63,462 bases of DNA from an uncultured virus (IMG/VR IMGVR_UViG_3300020048_000041) (lineage: Duplodnaviria; Heunggongvirae; Uroviricota; Caudoviricetes): the IMG/VR virus record IMGVR_UViG_3300020048_000041. The stretch is one strand, 5' to 3'. The notes below the pieces were generated by a model, which saw only the letters and a list, made by a program, of their open reading frames with translations, did no database searches and had not been told where the DNA came from. A program made the position numbers and the translations under genes. Positions 20,149 to 30,320 of the stretch are shown here, in pieces. How positions within the stretch are numbered: position 1 is the first letter of the stretch; each line of letters starts with the position of its first letter.

Positions 20149-21606
20149 ATGATTAACTTTAAACAGTTTAGAGAACAGCTCGACGAAGCCAGAAAGAATC
20201 CTGAGATGAACCCTAAAGTCTCAGCATACGAAGCATTGTTACCGTATAAAGATGACGATAACGCATTTATACATTTTACCAATTTGAACAAACTTGGTGT
20301 TAACCCTTTATCTGGATTTGAAACACCAGTCGGTGTATACGCTTACCCGCTAAAACAAGTTTGGAATCTTTATAAAGTGGATAAAGCAAAATCTTTATCT
20401 GTGTTACCATTTGGTTCTGATAGAGCATATATCCAATTATTCAAATGGAACGGCAAAGGTAAATTAGTCAGCGATTTAAAAAAGGATTATACAAGCGCAG
20501 ATTATGATTCTGATATGCGAAAATTGAGAACAATCTATAAGGATATACAGTCTAAAACTGATACGAGTAAAGCATGGAACGCTTTAGTCAAAGGTGTGTT
20601 TAAGCATAGACTTGAAGTTCCTGACGATTTTGAAGAAGGAAAAGTTGTAAGTATAGAAAACATTCTAGGTACAACGTTTGGTCGCGGTTTAACTAGACAT
20701 AGCGATGTAGCACAAAGTCCAAGAACAAAACCTATTTTTGATGATATATTGAAAGCCGGTAAAGTGTATATCAAAGATAAAAAATCTGATTCAAATTGGG
20801 ATAAGTTTAGTAAGAAATTTGAACTTTACCATATTGAACCACCTCGCCGTATGGCAATGTATTTTGTGAGCGCAGATGAACTGGAGTTTGAAATTAAAGA
20901 TGCTATTAGCAACTCTGGCAAATATAAAACATGGGAAATAAACGTAAACAAGCCGGCTATTTATAGGGAACTAAAACCGCTTCAAGACGCATATAACAAT
21001 TCTTTATTTGATGTTGATGATGTAATCAACGCCGCCACAGAACAAACTAGAAACCCATCTCCAGCAACATGTTTTTGGAATGTAACCCGCTGGTTATCTA
21101 ATTATGGAATAAATCCTGGAATTAGAAGATTCATTAGTGATGTCCTATTGTCTAAAGATGCTCACGGTAAAAAACTTCAAGCGCCTACGTTAGATACAGC
21201 AGAAATTAAAGCCGGCTCTAGACAATGGGGAAATCTGTTACGAAAACTAGGTTACGCGGGATTTGTTGATAGAAAGGCAGATGGCATTATACATCCTGCT
21301 GAACCTTGTCAGGCTGTATTCACCGGTATGGATTACATTGAGTTGATTGACACTGTGCTTAATAAGGATTATGCCAAACTTAAACACGACGAGGAAGTCA
21401 CATTAGAAAATTTAAAAAATGCTTCTCATAAAAACTTGATGGATTATATTATGAATTGGAACGCTAATGCTATTGACAAAATTGATATGAAATATTTGAA
21501 ATGGATAAATGATTCAACAGATTTAGCCAAAATGGTTGTTGGTATGATGATTAAAGGTTCTACAACAACAAAAATAACCCAAGAAATTGATTATATCAAG
21601 AGCTGA
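20149..21606 (+). CDS. putative virion-packaged protein, possibly ADP-ribosyltransferase fold
   Basis: CTS-like MINFKQFREQLDEA; IHFT / GVYAYP / LGYAG / EPCQAVF pattern. Confidence 0.5.
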   Translation: MINFKQFREQLDEARKNPEMNPKVSAYEALLPYKDDDNAFIHFTNLNKLGVNPLSGFETPVGVYAYPLKQVWNLYKVDKAKSLSVLPFGSDRAYIQLFKWNGKGKLVSDLKKDYTSADYDSDMRKLRTIYKDIQSKTDTSKAWNALVKGVFKHRLEVPDDFEEGKVVSIENILGTTFGRGLTRHSDVAQSPRTKPIFDDILKAGKVYIKDKKSDSNWDKFSKKFELYHIEPPRRMAMYFVSADELEFEIKDAISNSGKYKTWEINVNKPAIYRELKPLQDAYNNSLFDVDDVINAATEQTRNPSPATCFWNVTRWLSNYGINPGIRRFISDVLLSKDAHGKKLQAPTLDTAEIKAGSRQWGNLLRKLGYAGFVDRKADGIIHPAEPCQAVFTGMDYIELIDTVLNKDYAKLKHDEEVTLENLKNASHKNLMDYIMNWNANAIDKIDMKYLKWINDSTDLAKMVVGMMIKGSTTTKITQEIDYIKS

Positions 21607-21611
21607 TAATA

Positions 21612-21643
21612 TGACGCCCAGTTCCTATTTGGTTCTGGGCGTC
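21612..21643. terminator. hairpin between convergent genes
   Basis: TGACGCCCAG...CTGGGCGTCA. Confidence 0.7.
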
Positions 21644-21649
21644 AACATA

Positions 21650-23365
21650 TTAATCGTTTTGTACTATGATTGAAAAGTCATTTTGTTTCTCAATTTTTAA
21701 CGTAGAGGTGAACCGTTCACGGTTAGCTTCGTTATGCGAAATAACAAATACCGATACGCCCTTTAAATTCTCAATCAGTTTGAACGAACTATCGCTGCCC
21801 TCAAAATCCAAACTTCCATCTAATATCTCATCTAATATTAAAAGATTCGTATTAGCAGAATTCTTAAGTTTAGCAATTTCTCTCCAAGCAAATAAAAGCG
21901 CTAAATCAATTCTAGATTTTTCACCCTCAGAAAAATTATCATATGTCATAGTATCTCTATATCTTGACTTGATAACCTCGTTAAATTGCTCATCTAAGTT
22001 AAAGTCACAATAGAAATCCATAACAGCAAGATATTTGTTGATTAAGGTATTCATCAGTGGTAAATACTCACGAATGATAGCCGTTTTAATACCGCCGTCT
22101 TTCAGCAATAATACCCCTACATCTTCAACACCCTTTTGCTCAACCAATATCTTTTTGCGGTTTATTAGCCTAATAGCTTCTTCAACCAAATCTTTAAGTG
22201 TATTTTTCTCAGCTTCGATATTTTGAGTCGAGTTAACAGATTCCAATAAAGATTGGTTGAGTTTTGTTATCCTGGACTCAATCACATTTATTTCAGATTG
22301 TAAACCTCTAACATCATTTCTAGCTGTAACAATATCTTTCTCAGTTTCGATTATCCCAGCTAACCTTTTTTCCTGTTCTTGATATTCCGTTCCAGACTGA
22401 ATAAACAAATCATTCATATCCTTTTTACTAGATTCTAAATCGCTTAATACGCCGCCGGAATGTGTATGCGGAATATTTTGCTGACAGGAAGGACAACTTG
22501 CGTTTTCATTAAAGAACACAATCGATTTATCTAAGGTATCAATCTCATGCTTAACCTTTCTCATTGTATTATTAAGACTTTTAAGTTTAGCATTAACCGC
22601 ATCTTTTTCTAAAACTGAAGGAGTTAACCCATCAATTATAGCTTGCGCCGCCGCTATTTTTGCCTGCCGATTTTCTACTGTAGTTGTATCTTCTTTGATA
22701 TTAGCTTTAATAGCATCAATTTCAGACTGCTTATTGACTTCTAAATGTGCTATAATTCTTTGCTGCGATTCAACCTTATTTTTAGCAATTTTTAATGCTG
22801 ATTCAATATAGGTCAGTTCTTCTTTAGTTTTAGATAGCCGCTCTTTTAATAGTTGATTCATTATAGAAAAGATACGAATATCCAGAATATCTTCAATAAT
22901 CTCTCTACGCTGACTTGAACCCATTTTCATAAACGGTGTAAAGGTAGCTGAACCAAGAATAACGACCTGTGTAAACGTTTTCATATTCATCTTAAGAATC
23001 TGTTGCTCTAAAACAACCTGATAATCCTTAACAGCAGAATCTTGATTAATTAGTTCATCATTACGATAAATCTCAAAGGTGTTAGGCTTAATACCACGAA
23101 CAACTTTATAGTAAGCGCCGCCCTCCTCAAATTCAATCTCAACGACACAATTTTTCTGATTAATACTATTAACCAAACCGCCCTTACTGATGTTTCTAAA
23201 TGGTTTACCGAATAGAGCAAAGGTTAAAGCACAAAGTACAGAACTCTTACCATTTCCATTACCGCCTACGATTAATGTTTGCTTACCGGTATCTAATCTA
23301 ATTTCATTAAATTGGTTGCCGGTTGATAAGAAGTTTCTCCATCTTATTGTCTTAAAATTAAGCAT
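21650..23365 (-). CDS. 46: recombination endonuclease subunit gp46 (Rad50/SbcC-like)
   Basis: GGNGNGKS, coiled coil with CPSC zinc hook, FSEGEK, ILDE. Confidence 0.97.
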   Translation of the reverse strand: MLNFKTIRWRNFLSTGNQFNEIRLDTGKQTLIVGGNGNGKSSVLCALTFALFGKPFRNISKGGLVNSINQKNCVVEIEFEEGGAYYKVVRGIKPNTFEIYRNDELINQDSAVKDYQVVLEQQILKMNMKTFTQVVILGSATFTPFMKMGSSQRREIIEDILDIRIFSIMNQLLKERLSKTKEELTYIESALKIAKNKVESQQRIIAHLEVNKQSEIDAIKANIKEDTTTVENRQAKIAAAQAIIDGLTPSVLEKDAVNAKLKSLNNTMRKVKHEIDTLDKSIVFFNENASCPSCQQNIPHTHSGGVLSDLESSKKDMNDLFIQSGTEYQEQEKRLAGIIETEKDIVTARNDVRGLQSEINVIESRITKLNQSLLESVNSTQNIEAEKNTLKDLVEEAIRLINRKKILVEQKGVEDVGVLLLKDGGIKTAIIREYLPLMNTLINKYLAVMDFYCDFNLDEQFNEVIKSRYRDTMTYDNFSEGEKSRIDLALLFAWREIAKLKNSANTNLLILDEILDGSLDFEGSDSSFKLIENLKGVSVFVISHNEANRERFTSTLKIEKQNDFSIIVQND

Positions 23366-23373
23366 CTTATCCC

Positions 23374-24429
23374 CTATGTCAACGAAACATTAACAGCTTC
23401 TAAAAACAAACTATTCATCAAATTCTTCACGCTTTCTTTATCCATATCTGTATCAACATTATCGATGTAATCTGATAATATTTGTTTGGTGTCAGCTAGG
23501 TCAATCTTTTCGTCGATATTACCGTTAGAAAACTCAGACATATCCTCGATAATTTTAATGTCGTAACAGCCGGCGCTATATAGCCGCTTCAAAAAATTAT
23601 CATATCCAAATAAATCATTTTTGTTTACAATAACCAATTTGACATATTTTTCTGTTAGCGTTGACACATCAAATTTAGAGTAATCTGTAGTTGTATCATC
23701 ATATTCAAGTTTCTCAAATATGGTATAAGGATTTTGAATAAACTGAGTTTCACCGGTATCAGTATCGAATATCCAAAAACCTTTAGGGTCGTTGAAGTCA
23801 GACCATGTAGTATCATATGGAGTTCCGGTATAAAGGATATTCCCTTTTACTGATTTTGTATGATAGTGCCCTGATACAACCAATTTATACCTAGCATACA
23901 TATCAACAGGATACCCGTCGTGAGCATCAACTCCTTTATACATTTGAAAGCCGGTAAACCCAAAATGCCCTACGCAATAATCAGATTTTGAGTTAGATAC
24001 AAAGGACGCAACTTCAGCCTTATTATCGTTACACACCCATGGGATAAAATCAATTTTTAAGCCGGCAAATTCTACTGCTGTTGGTTCATCAAAAATATAC
24101 ACATTTGAATACTCATTAAGCAATAGCGCTGTTGAGTTAACCTGAAGAGATTCTCTATAATAAATATCATGATTTCCTAATAAGGTATAGAAAGTCATAT
24201 TGTTAGCTTTCATTGGGTCAAATATAACCCGTTTGGCTTCATATAAAGATAACAGGTTTATTGCTTTTCTGCTATCAAATAAGTCACCAAGTTGGATAAT
24301 CGTGGTTATATTATGTTCTTTAAGGTAAGGGAAAAACACATTTGAAAAGAATTTTTCAGAATGTTTATGGAAGTTTGTAGAGTTATTTCTAACGCCTACG
24401 TGAACGTCACCAAGCCAGCATATTTTCAT
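23374..24429 (-). CDS. 47: recombination nuclease gp47 (Mre11/SbcD-like)
   Basis: GDVHVG, LGDLFD, GNHD, SGHYH. Confidence 0.97.
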   Translation of the reverse strand: MKICWLGDVHVGVRNNSTNFHKHSEKFFSNVFFPYLKEHNITTIIQLGDLFDSRKAINLLSLYEAKRVIFDPMKANNMTFYTLLGNHDIYYRESLQVNSTALLLNEYSNVYIFDEPTAVEFAGLKIDFIPWVCNDNKAEVASFVSNSKSDYCVGHFGFTGFQMYKGVDAHDGYPVDMYARYKLVVSGHYHTKSVKGNILYTGTPYDTTWSDFNDPKGFWIFDTDTGETQFIQNPYTIFEKLEYDDTTTDYSKFDVSTLTEKYVKLVIVNKNDLFGYDNFLKRLYSAGCYDIKIIEDMSEFSNGNIDEKIDLADTKQILSDYIDNVDTDMDKESVKNLMNSLFLEAVNVSLT

Positions 24430-24438
24430 AATATCCTT

Positions 24439-25032
24439 TTAGCCAATTAAATTTTCTGGTTCATTAATGTCATCGACAACATCAAATAAGTCAATATCTG
24501 ATTCCATAAATTTAGATAATTCATTAATGTGTTCACGTTTTAATTTTGGTTTTTTCTCATAATATTTTGAATAATCTGATTTTTGTAAGGAATTCAAATA
24601 TTCAAGATATTCATTTACAACTTCTTTATTATCGTGTTCTTGGCTGGAATATTTTTCCACATTAATATTTTTTGCCATTTCGCTTCTAGTATAGGCTTGG
24701 TCGCGTTCTTTTACGATTGTGGCAAGAAAAGAATAGTAGCAACACTGTGAAAAATACGAAAATGGGTTTTGTGTTCTTTCAGGGTCAAACGTATCAAAAT
24801 ATCTTATACAGTTTACTATGGCGTCTTGTATCATTTCATCTTTATACGAACGCCCGTAATATAGCGGTCTTTTAGCAAAATTGGTGGCAATATCAGTTAT
24901 ACATTTTCCAATGTAATCATTAATCTTTGGTTTAGGTAAACCCTTTTCTTCGGCTTCTTTTAAGGCGGCTTTCCTTTTGACAATTTCTTCATAAAATTTT
25001 ACATTGTCTACATAATTATTTCTTGCTGTCAT
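24439..25032 (-). CDS. 55: late-transcription sigma factor gp55
   Basis: NYVDN..FY, YIGKCI..IA, DEMIQDAI.NC, FDP...NPFSYFSQ. Confidence 0.93.
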   Translation of the reverse strand: MTARNNYVDNVKFYEEIVKRKAALKEAEEKGLPKPKINDYIGKCITDIATNFAKRPLYYGRSYKDEMIQDAIVNCIRYFDTFDPERTQNPFSYFSQCCYYSFLATIVKERDQAYTRSEMAKNINVEKYSSQEHDNKEVVNEYLEYLNSLQKSDYSKYYEKKPKLKREHINELSKFMESDIDLFDVVDDINEPENLIG

Positions 25033-25535
25033 AATGTTCCTTCACAAATTGTTAAAATATCAGTCATAATTCTAGCTTGCGTCGCGTTAATTTTTCTATT
25101 TTCAAATATGAATTTCATCATATCTATGGTATCTTCAACATAAGAAGGTTTAGGCGCATCGCTAATATTGGATAATCTATCCAACAATTTTAAGGTCAAA
25201 CCGTAGCTTGACATTCCCACCATTTTATTTTTCAAATAAACAACTTTTCCAACCCGCTTAATTTCTTTATTGTCAGAAGTCAATTCCTCGACAAGACTGG
25301 CAACGAAAGAACCAAACAACGAAGTTATTTCAGATAACGTGGTATCAGTATCTTCAATTGTATCATGTAGCAAACAAGCTACCTTTAGTTCGTCCATACG
25401 TTTTGAAGTTTTATATTTTGGTAATAACCCCGCAACATGAATAGGGTGAGATATATAAGGATTTCCGGTCACCTTTCTAACTTGCCCAAAATGTTTAGTA
25501 GTAGCAAATTCTAAAGCCATTTCAACGATACACAT
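25029..25535 (-). CDS. HD-domain small alarmone hydrolase (SpoT/Mesh1-like)
   Basis: H.GQVRK..G.PYISHP, LLHDTIEDT, KLLDRLSN. Confidence 0.85.
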   Translation of the reverse strand: MCIVEMALEFATTKHFGQVRKVTGNPYISHPIHVAGLLPKYKTSKRMDELKVACLLHDTIEDTDTTLSEITSLFGSFVASLVEELTSDNKEIKRVGKVVYLKNKMVGMSSYGLTLKLLDRLSNISDAPKPSYVEDTIDMMKFIFENRKINATQARIMTDILTICEGTL

Positions 25536-25616
25536 TTTAACCTCCAAATTTTAATTTCACCTAATTATACCGTATGCAAATGTAAAAGTAAAGCTTTTTT
25601 TAAAATTATTTTTAAT

Positions 25617-25644
25617 AAAAAAGCCAGCTTGTTAGGCTGGCTTT
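25617..25644 (-). terminator. Rho-independent terminator
   Basis: AAAGCCAGC-N6-GCTGGCTTT with T run. Confidence 0.8.
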
Positions 25645-25816
25645 GGTGAGTTAAAACGGCTCGACTAATGTTAAACGACAAACATCAATAGTATCTATTG
25701 TCAAATCCTCATAAACAATGACAACTTTTACTGATCCTGAACACAATAACGGCTCAGAAACAATTGTTACAGGTGCATCTGAGGGTTTAGCATAAGCCTT
25801 TTTTCCAATTAAGGTT

Positions 25817-26236
25817 TTAGCCATCGATAGTTTTACCGGCTTGAAGATCTTTTAAAGTTAACCCGTTTGTGAACTGAATATGCGCTAGTTCTTTAAACTT
25901 AACCCAATCACCCGCCCATTCAAATCCTACTTCTTTAGCAATATGACCGGCTTTAGTAAACGCCGCTGTGTCTGCCCATTGCGCCTTACCATTAACAATA
26001 GGAACAAAGTCCAGCGCTAATCTATAATTATGCCAAGATTGACCAGCTTTAGCATTAGTGACTTTTTTACCCGCTGTGGTTCTACCTTGCGCATATAAGG
26101 CGTTTTGACTTTCATTATCACGATATGTTGATGTAATCAAAATATCTAAACCATGTTCTTTACATTTAGCTAAAAACTGTTCAGCCATTGCTTTAACTTT
26201 TGGATGTAAGTCATTAAGGTCTCTGCTATTAATCAT
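25817..26236 (-). CDS. endolysin, peptidase M15 (L-Ala-D-Glu peptidase type)
   Basis: TYR...Q..LYAQGRT, SWHNYRLALD, WAGDW...ELAHIQ. Confidence 0.9.
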   Translation of the reverse strand: MINSRDLNDLHPKVKAMAEQFLAKCKEHGLDILITSTYRDNESQNALYAQGRTTAGKKVTNAKAGQSWHNYRLALDFVPIVNGKAQWADTAAFTKAGHIAKEVGFEWAGDWVKFKELAHIQFTNGLTLKDLQAGKTIDG

Positions 26237-26253
26237 AATTTATTTCCTATTTC

Positions 26254-26715
26254 CTATTTTCTAATGTATTTATTATACCCAGCTACCCAATCAGTAGCAA
26301 ACATATCTTGGGCGGTTTTCAAATTTAATGTACCTTTACATACTTCACGATGTGCCCACGCTTCTAGCACATCTTTTTTAGCCGCGTGATTCACACCATA
26401 TCTAGGCTCTGGCCAAAGGTTAGCTGGGTCAGAAGTCGCGCCACCTACCGATAATGGAATAAGATGGTCTTCCTCGTAATGCTTAGGGTCTTTATCAACA
26501 TACCCATATTCTTTAATTTGTTTCAACTTCAACTTATTAGTATAATAAGAAGAAGGTCGAATTGTAGCAGTATAATTAGGAACACAAATAGTTGACTTAA
26601 TATTACCCGTTGTGACGTTTGGATTTAACGCGCCGGCGGTTAATTTAGCGTTTGGTAAACCATCAGCCCAGGCAAGTGACGGCAGCAATAATGCAACTAA
26701 TAATAGTTTTTTCAT
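26254..26715 (-). CDS. signal-peptide-bearing HNH-like protein
   Basis: MKKLLLVALLLPSLAWA signal; YEEDHLIPLSVGG...NLWPE. Confidence 0.65.
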   Translation of the reverse strand: MKKLLLVALLLPSLAWADGLPNAKLTAGALNPNVTTGNIKSTICVPNYTATIRPSSYYTNKLKLKQIKEYGYVDKDPKHYEEDHLIPLSVGGATSDPANLWPEPRYGVNHAAKKDVLEAWAHREVCKGTLNLKTAQDMFATDWVAGYNKYIRK

Positions 26716-26966
26716 TTATTTGCGCCTGCTAATAATGTATAAGTTTTGTGCTGAACTGGGATAGTTTTAGCGTTTGACCACGTACTAATACGTTCTGGTG
26801 TTTCTTTTATATCTGCCAATTCTTTAATGATAGTTTGGAGCACTTCAATTTGACGCTCGAGGATTATATTTTGACGTTTTGCATTATCAAATTTAACATG
26901 CAAATTAGCGACATCATTTTCTAAATCTCTAATTCTTTCGCTTTTATTTTTACCAAACATTCCCAT
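26712..26966 (-). CDS. coiled-coil hypothetical protein
   Basis: heptad pattern; first gene after a class-1 promoter. Confidence 0.55.
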   Translation of the reverse strand: MGMFGKNKSERIRDLENDVANLHVKFDNAKRQNIILERQIEVLQTIIKELADIKETPERISTWSNAKTIPVQHKTYTLLAGANK

Positions 26967-27130
26967 TATAATTCTCTCAATAATTTAACTTCATTAAACT
27001 CTATTATATCTATTTTTATAAAAAGTAAAGTTTTATTTTTACTAAATATTTTGTACAAAAAAAGCCACTCGCGGACTCCTACATCCCAGTAGCACTAATC
27101 ATTCCAATGACAATTTAAGGTAAAACTATC

Positions 27131-27904
27131 ATGACCAGCACAAGTATTTATACTCCTATCACACCCACCTATCTCTACATCAAACAGCATTCCATAACCG
27201 GCTTAAAGTATTTCGGTAAGACCACTCGAGATCCATACAAATACAATGGTTCTGGTAAGCACTGGTCTAGACACATCAATAAACATGGTAAAGAACACAT
27301 CGTTACTCTTTGGGTTTCTGACTTGTATCACGACACATCAATTGTCGAGGTTGCCTTAAAATTTTCTGCTGATAACGATATCGTCAAATCTAAAGAATGG
27401 GCGAACCAAAAACCAGAAAATGGATTAGATGGAGGTGCCTCTGGCACAAAACATACACAAGAAACCAAAAACAAAATATCTGCATCTAACAAAGGTAAAC
27501 CACTTTCAGAAGAACATAAAACCAAACTATCTGTCTCACAAAAAGGCAGAAAACACACAGATGAAACTAAAGCCAAACAATCTGCTAGTGCAAAAGGTAA
27601 AAAACACACAGAAAAAACTAAAGCTAAAATGCGTAAGCCTAGATCAGATGAAACCAAAGCCAAAATATCTGCTACTCTAACAGGCAAAAAACGTGGTCCT
27701 CAATCAGATGAAACCAAAGCCAAAATATCTGCATCTAACAAAGGTAAACCTAGAAAACCTCAATTAGAAGAATCTAATGCTAAACGATCTGCTACTATGA
27801 CGGGTGTCTCTAAACCAGAATTTTTTTCAATAATTGAAAATAGAAAGACTTATGGTAAATCACATCTTTCTAGATATTATCCTGAATTTAAGCAGTACTA
27901 TTAG
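27131..27904 (+). CDS. GIY-YIG homing endonuclease with NUMOD3 repeats (copy A)
   Basis: YLYIKQH..TGLKYFGKT, YNGSGKHW, WAN..PENG; repeated H(T/S)xETKAK(I/Q)S units. Confidence 0.85.
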   Translation: MTSTSIYTPITPTYLYIKQHSITGLKYFGKTTRDPYKYNGSGKHWSRHINKHGKEHIVTLWVSDLYHDTSIVEVALKFSADNDIVKSKEWANQKPENGLDGGASGTKHTQETKNKISASNKGKPLSEEHKTKLSVSQKGRKHTDETKAKQSASAKGKKHTEKTKAKMRKPRSDETKAKISATLTGKKRGPQSDETKAKISASNKGKPRKPQLEESNAKRSATMTGVSKPEFFSIIENRKTYGKSHLSRYYPEFKQYY

Positions 27905-28001
27905 AACGTGATACATTTAATGCACAGAAATAACTGTTCACGAATTGTTAAACAAATCCAACTTCCAATCAAAATACCGCTAATTACAGCAATTAAAATA
28001 A

Positions 28002-28613
28002 TCATCTTAAATCCTCTTTTATTTGTTCAAGTAATCCAATTAAATGTGGAATATCATTAACAGTATCCGTTGCAATATAAATACCATCTTCTAACCCATA
28101 CAATTTCCAATAAGTAGTTTCTTTATAGGTTTGAACAATAGCATATTTTGAAGTCCATGGCATACCATGTTTACACACTACGGTATCTAAAGTTTCGTCT
28201 CGTTTCATCACGCTAAGTTTACCGCTGTATGTTTCATCAGACGGCAGTAACACTTCATTAATATGTAGCTTTAACATCGATAAAAATAAATTTAAATGTT
28301 TATGCTTGACCTTGATAGTTACATCGCTTCTGCGAATAAGAATCTTTTTATTATCTTCAGAAAAACTAATATCAAATGGCTCAAGAATTGCTGTATTTCT
28401 ACGCAATTGCTCTTCTTTGATAAGAACCTTAGTCACTTTAGATATATGATTTATAGCAGGATAAACTGATCGTCTAAGAGTTGACTCATCAACATCAGCA
28501 AGGTTTAATTCAACCGTGAACCCCTCTTGCTCTAAATAATCAGAAATAAAAACAGCAAGACTAGATTTACCCGCGCCTGCTAACCCAGAAACCGCAACAT
28601 GTAATTCATTCAT
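28002..28613 (-). CDS. P-loop-containing hypothetical protein
   Basis: VAVSGLAGAGKSS. Confidence 0.55.
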   Translation of the reverse strand: MNELHVAVSGLAGAGKSSLAVFISDYLEQEGFTVELNLADVDESTLRRSVYPAINHISKVTKVLIKEEQLRRNTAILEPFDISFSEDNKKILIRRSDVTIKVKHKHLNLFLSMLKLHINEVLLPSDETYSGKLSVMKRDETLDTVVCKHGMPWTSKYAIVQTYKETTYWKLYGLEDGIYIATDTVNDIPHLIGLLEQIKEDLR

Positions 28614-28625
28614 AATATACCTATT

Positions 28626-28946
28626 TTAATCACTACTTGAAGATGAACTGCTAGAATCGCATGAACCGCTATCATACGAACTAGATGAACTTGAACTACT
28701 ATCAGAACTATCGTTATAGATAGCAGTGATAGCAGCTACCGCTGAAGGAAAATAATCGTCTTCAGATGAAATTGTAACCGGACGATTTTTTGGGCGTCTA
28801 TAACTATAGACAGATTCTTCCATTTTAGGCTTACCCTCTAATTTATCAATTTTATCCCGTAACATTTTAATCGTAGAGTTTTGTTCTGATATTAGAGCAT
28901 GTAATTCTTCAATTTTATCATCTTTACTGTTACTAAACCATTTCAT
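28626..28946 (-). CDS. hypothetical protein with Ser-rich tail
   Basis: coiled coil plus poly-Ser/Asp C-terminus. Confidence 0.6.
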   Translation of the reverse strand: MKWFSNSKDDKIEELHALISEQNSTIKMLRDKIDKLEGKPKMEESVYSYRRPKNRPVTISSEDDYFPSAVAAITAIYNDSSDSSSSSSSSYDSGSCDSSSSSSSSD

Positions 28947-28958
28947 AATAATTTTTCC

Positions 28959-30242
28959 TTATTTAATGTGGTCAAACATATCAGCTTCGTCACGGTCAAT
29001 TCGTACTTCAAGGTATCTAGGTAAGAATAATGAATATGTATCAGAACCCTTAGATTTAATTTTGGTGTTATACTTAACCTCGATAATTTTACCTAAGAAA
29101 TCACCATTTTTTCTATCGTCATCATTTAAACCTGAACCAACCGATACCTTTACTTTACCGTCTTCAGACTCACATAATAACGCACCAATTTGACCTTCAT
29201 ATTTAGAACCTACAGCGCCGCCTTGAATAGCGACTACTCTTAATGAAGTAGTTTCTTCACCTTTAAATTTAATTTGAGATTGCGAACGTTTTGGTTCCCA
29301 AATAGCGTTCATTGCTTTAAGGATAATTCCCTCAAAACCTTGCGCGTAATAATCTTCATAAATTGCTCTGGCTTCATCTAACGAATTAACAACAAAACTA
29401 GGAACAACTGATAATTTACCGGTTAACCCTAATGTGGTCAAATAGTCAAATCTTTCAACATAAGGCGTTGGGTCTTTTTGTTCAACCCAGTTATTATAAG
29501 GAATAGCATCCCAAATAGTCATAGTAATTTTAGCCGCTTCAGCTTCAGATATAGTGCCTTTGTTAGCCTTATTTAAAATCCCGTTACCAGTTTGGCGGTC
29601 AAGCTCAACACCGTTTTCTGATACTAATAACTCACCATCAAATACTACATCAGCGCCTTTAGCCGCTTCAATAAATTCTTTTTCAAGATTACCTAATAGG
29701 TCAAAAGTTTTACCATTACGAGAATAAAAAGTAACCGCGCCGGCGTTAACTACAACATTACATCTAAGACCATCAAGCTTTTTTTGTACGATAGCAGGAT
29801 ATACCATCTTAGCTAACACTTTATCGTTCATAGGAGTACACAACATAGTGTCAAAGGTAGGAATTAAATCTTCCCAGATTTTGTTTACCGTAGGAGTAGA
29901 AACGCCACAGTCTAAATCTTTTTTAATGATTAATTCAATAATTTTAGCATCATCAGCTGAAACGTCAGAAAGGATATTAGATAAAAATTCGATAGCTTTG
30001 TTGCCGGTAACTTTACGGTCAGCCAAATCGTTCATACGTTCTAAGGCTTCAATCAACTCAACGTTTTTACCGTTGGTAGAGTATGCGGGAATTTTGCGTT
30101 GGTAATACTGGATATGAGATGCTAACGCGCGAATCATAACAGATTTCAATAATGAGTTATCAACATGCTTTTTAAGGATAGCTTCTTTTTCAAGTCTAGA
30201 ATTAGTAGATCTTAACTCAGTGATAACAGATAATATAGACAT
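28959..30242 (-). CDS. 30: ATP-dependent DNA ligase gp30
   Basis: QKKLDGLR, YSRNGK, FDGEL, EGIILK, SVGSGL, SLFLPRY...RIDR. Confidence 0.97.
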   Translation of the reverse strand: MSILSVITELRSTNSRLEKEAILKKHVDNSLLKSVMIRALASHIQYYQRKIPAYSTNGKNVELIEALERMNDLADRKVTGNKAIEFLSNILSDVSADDAKIIELIIKKDLDCGVSTPTVNKIWEDLIPTFDTMLCTPMNDKVLAKMVYPAIVQKKLDGLRCNVVVNAGAVTFYSRNGKTFDLLGNLEKEFIEAAKGADVVFDGELLVSENGVELDRQTGNGILNKANKGTISEAEAAKITMTIWDAIPYNNWVEQKDPTPYVERFDYLTTLGLTGKLSVVPSFVVNSLDEARAIYEDYYAQGFEGIILKAMNAIWEPKRSQSQIKFKGEETTSLRVVAIQGGAVGSKYEGQIGALLCESEDGKVKVSVGSGLNDDDRKNGDFLGKIIEVKYNTKIKSKGSDTYSLFLPRYLEVRIDRDEADMFDHIK

Positions 30243-30320
30243 TTTTAACTCCAATTTAATTACGGTTTAACTTCATTACGATCTATTATACTATGATTTT
30301 TGTAAAAGTAAAGCTTTATT

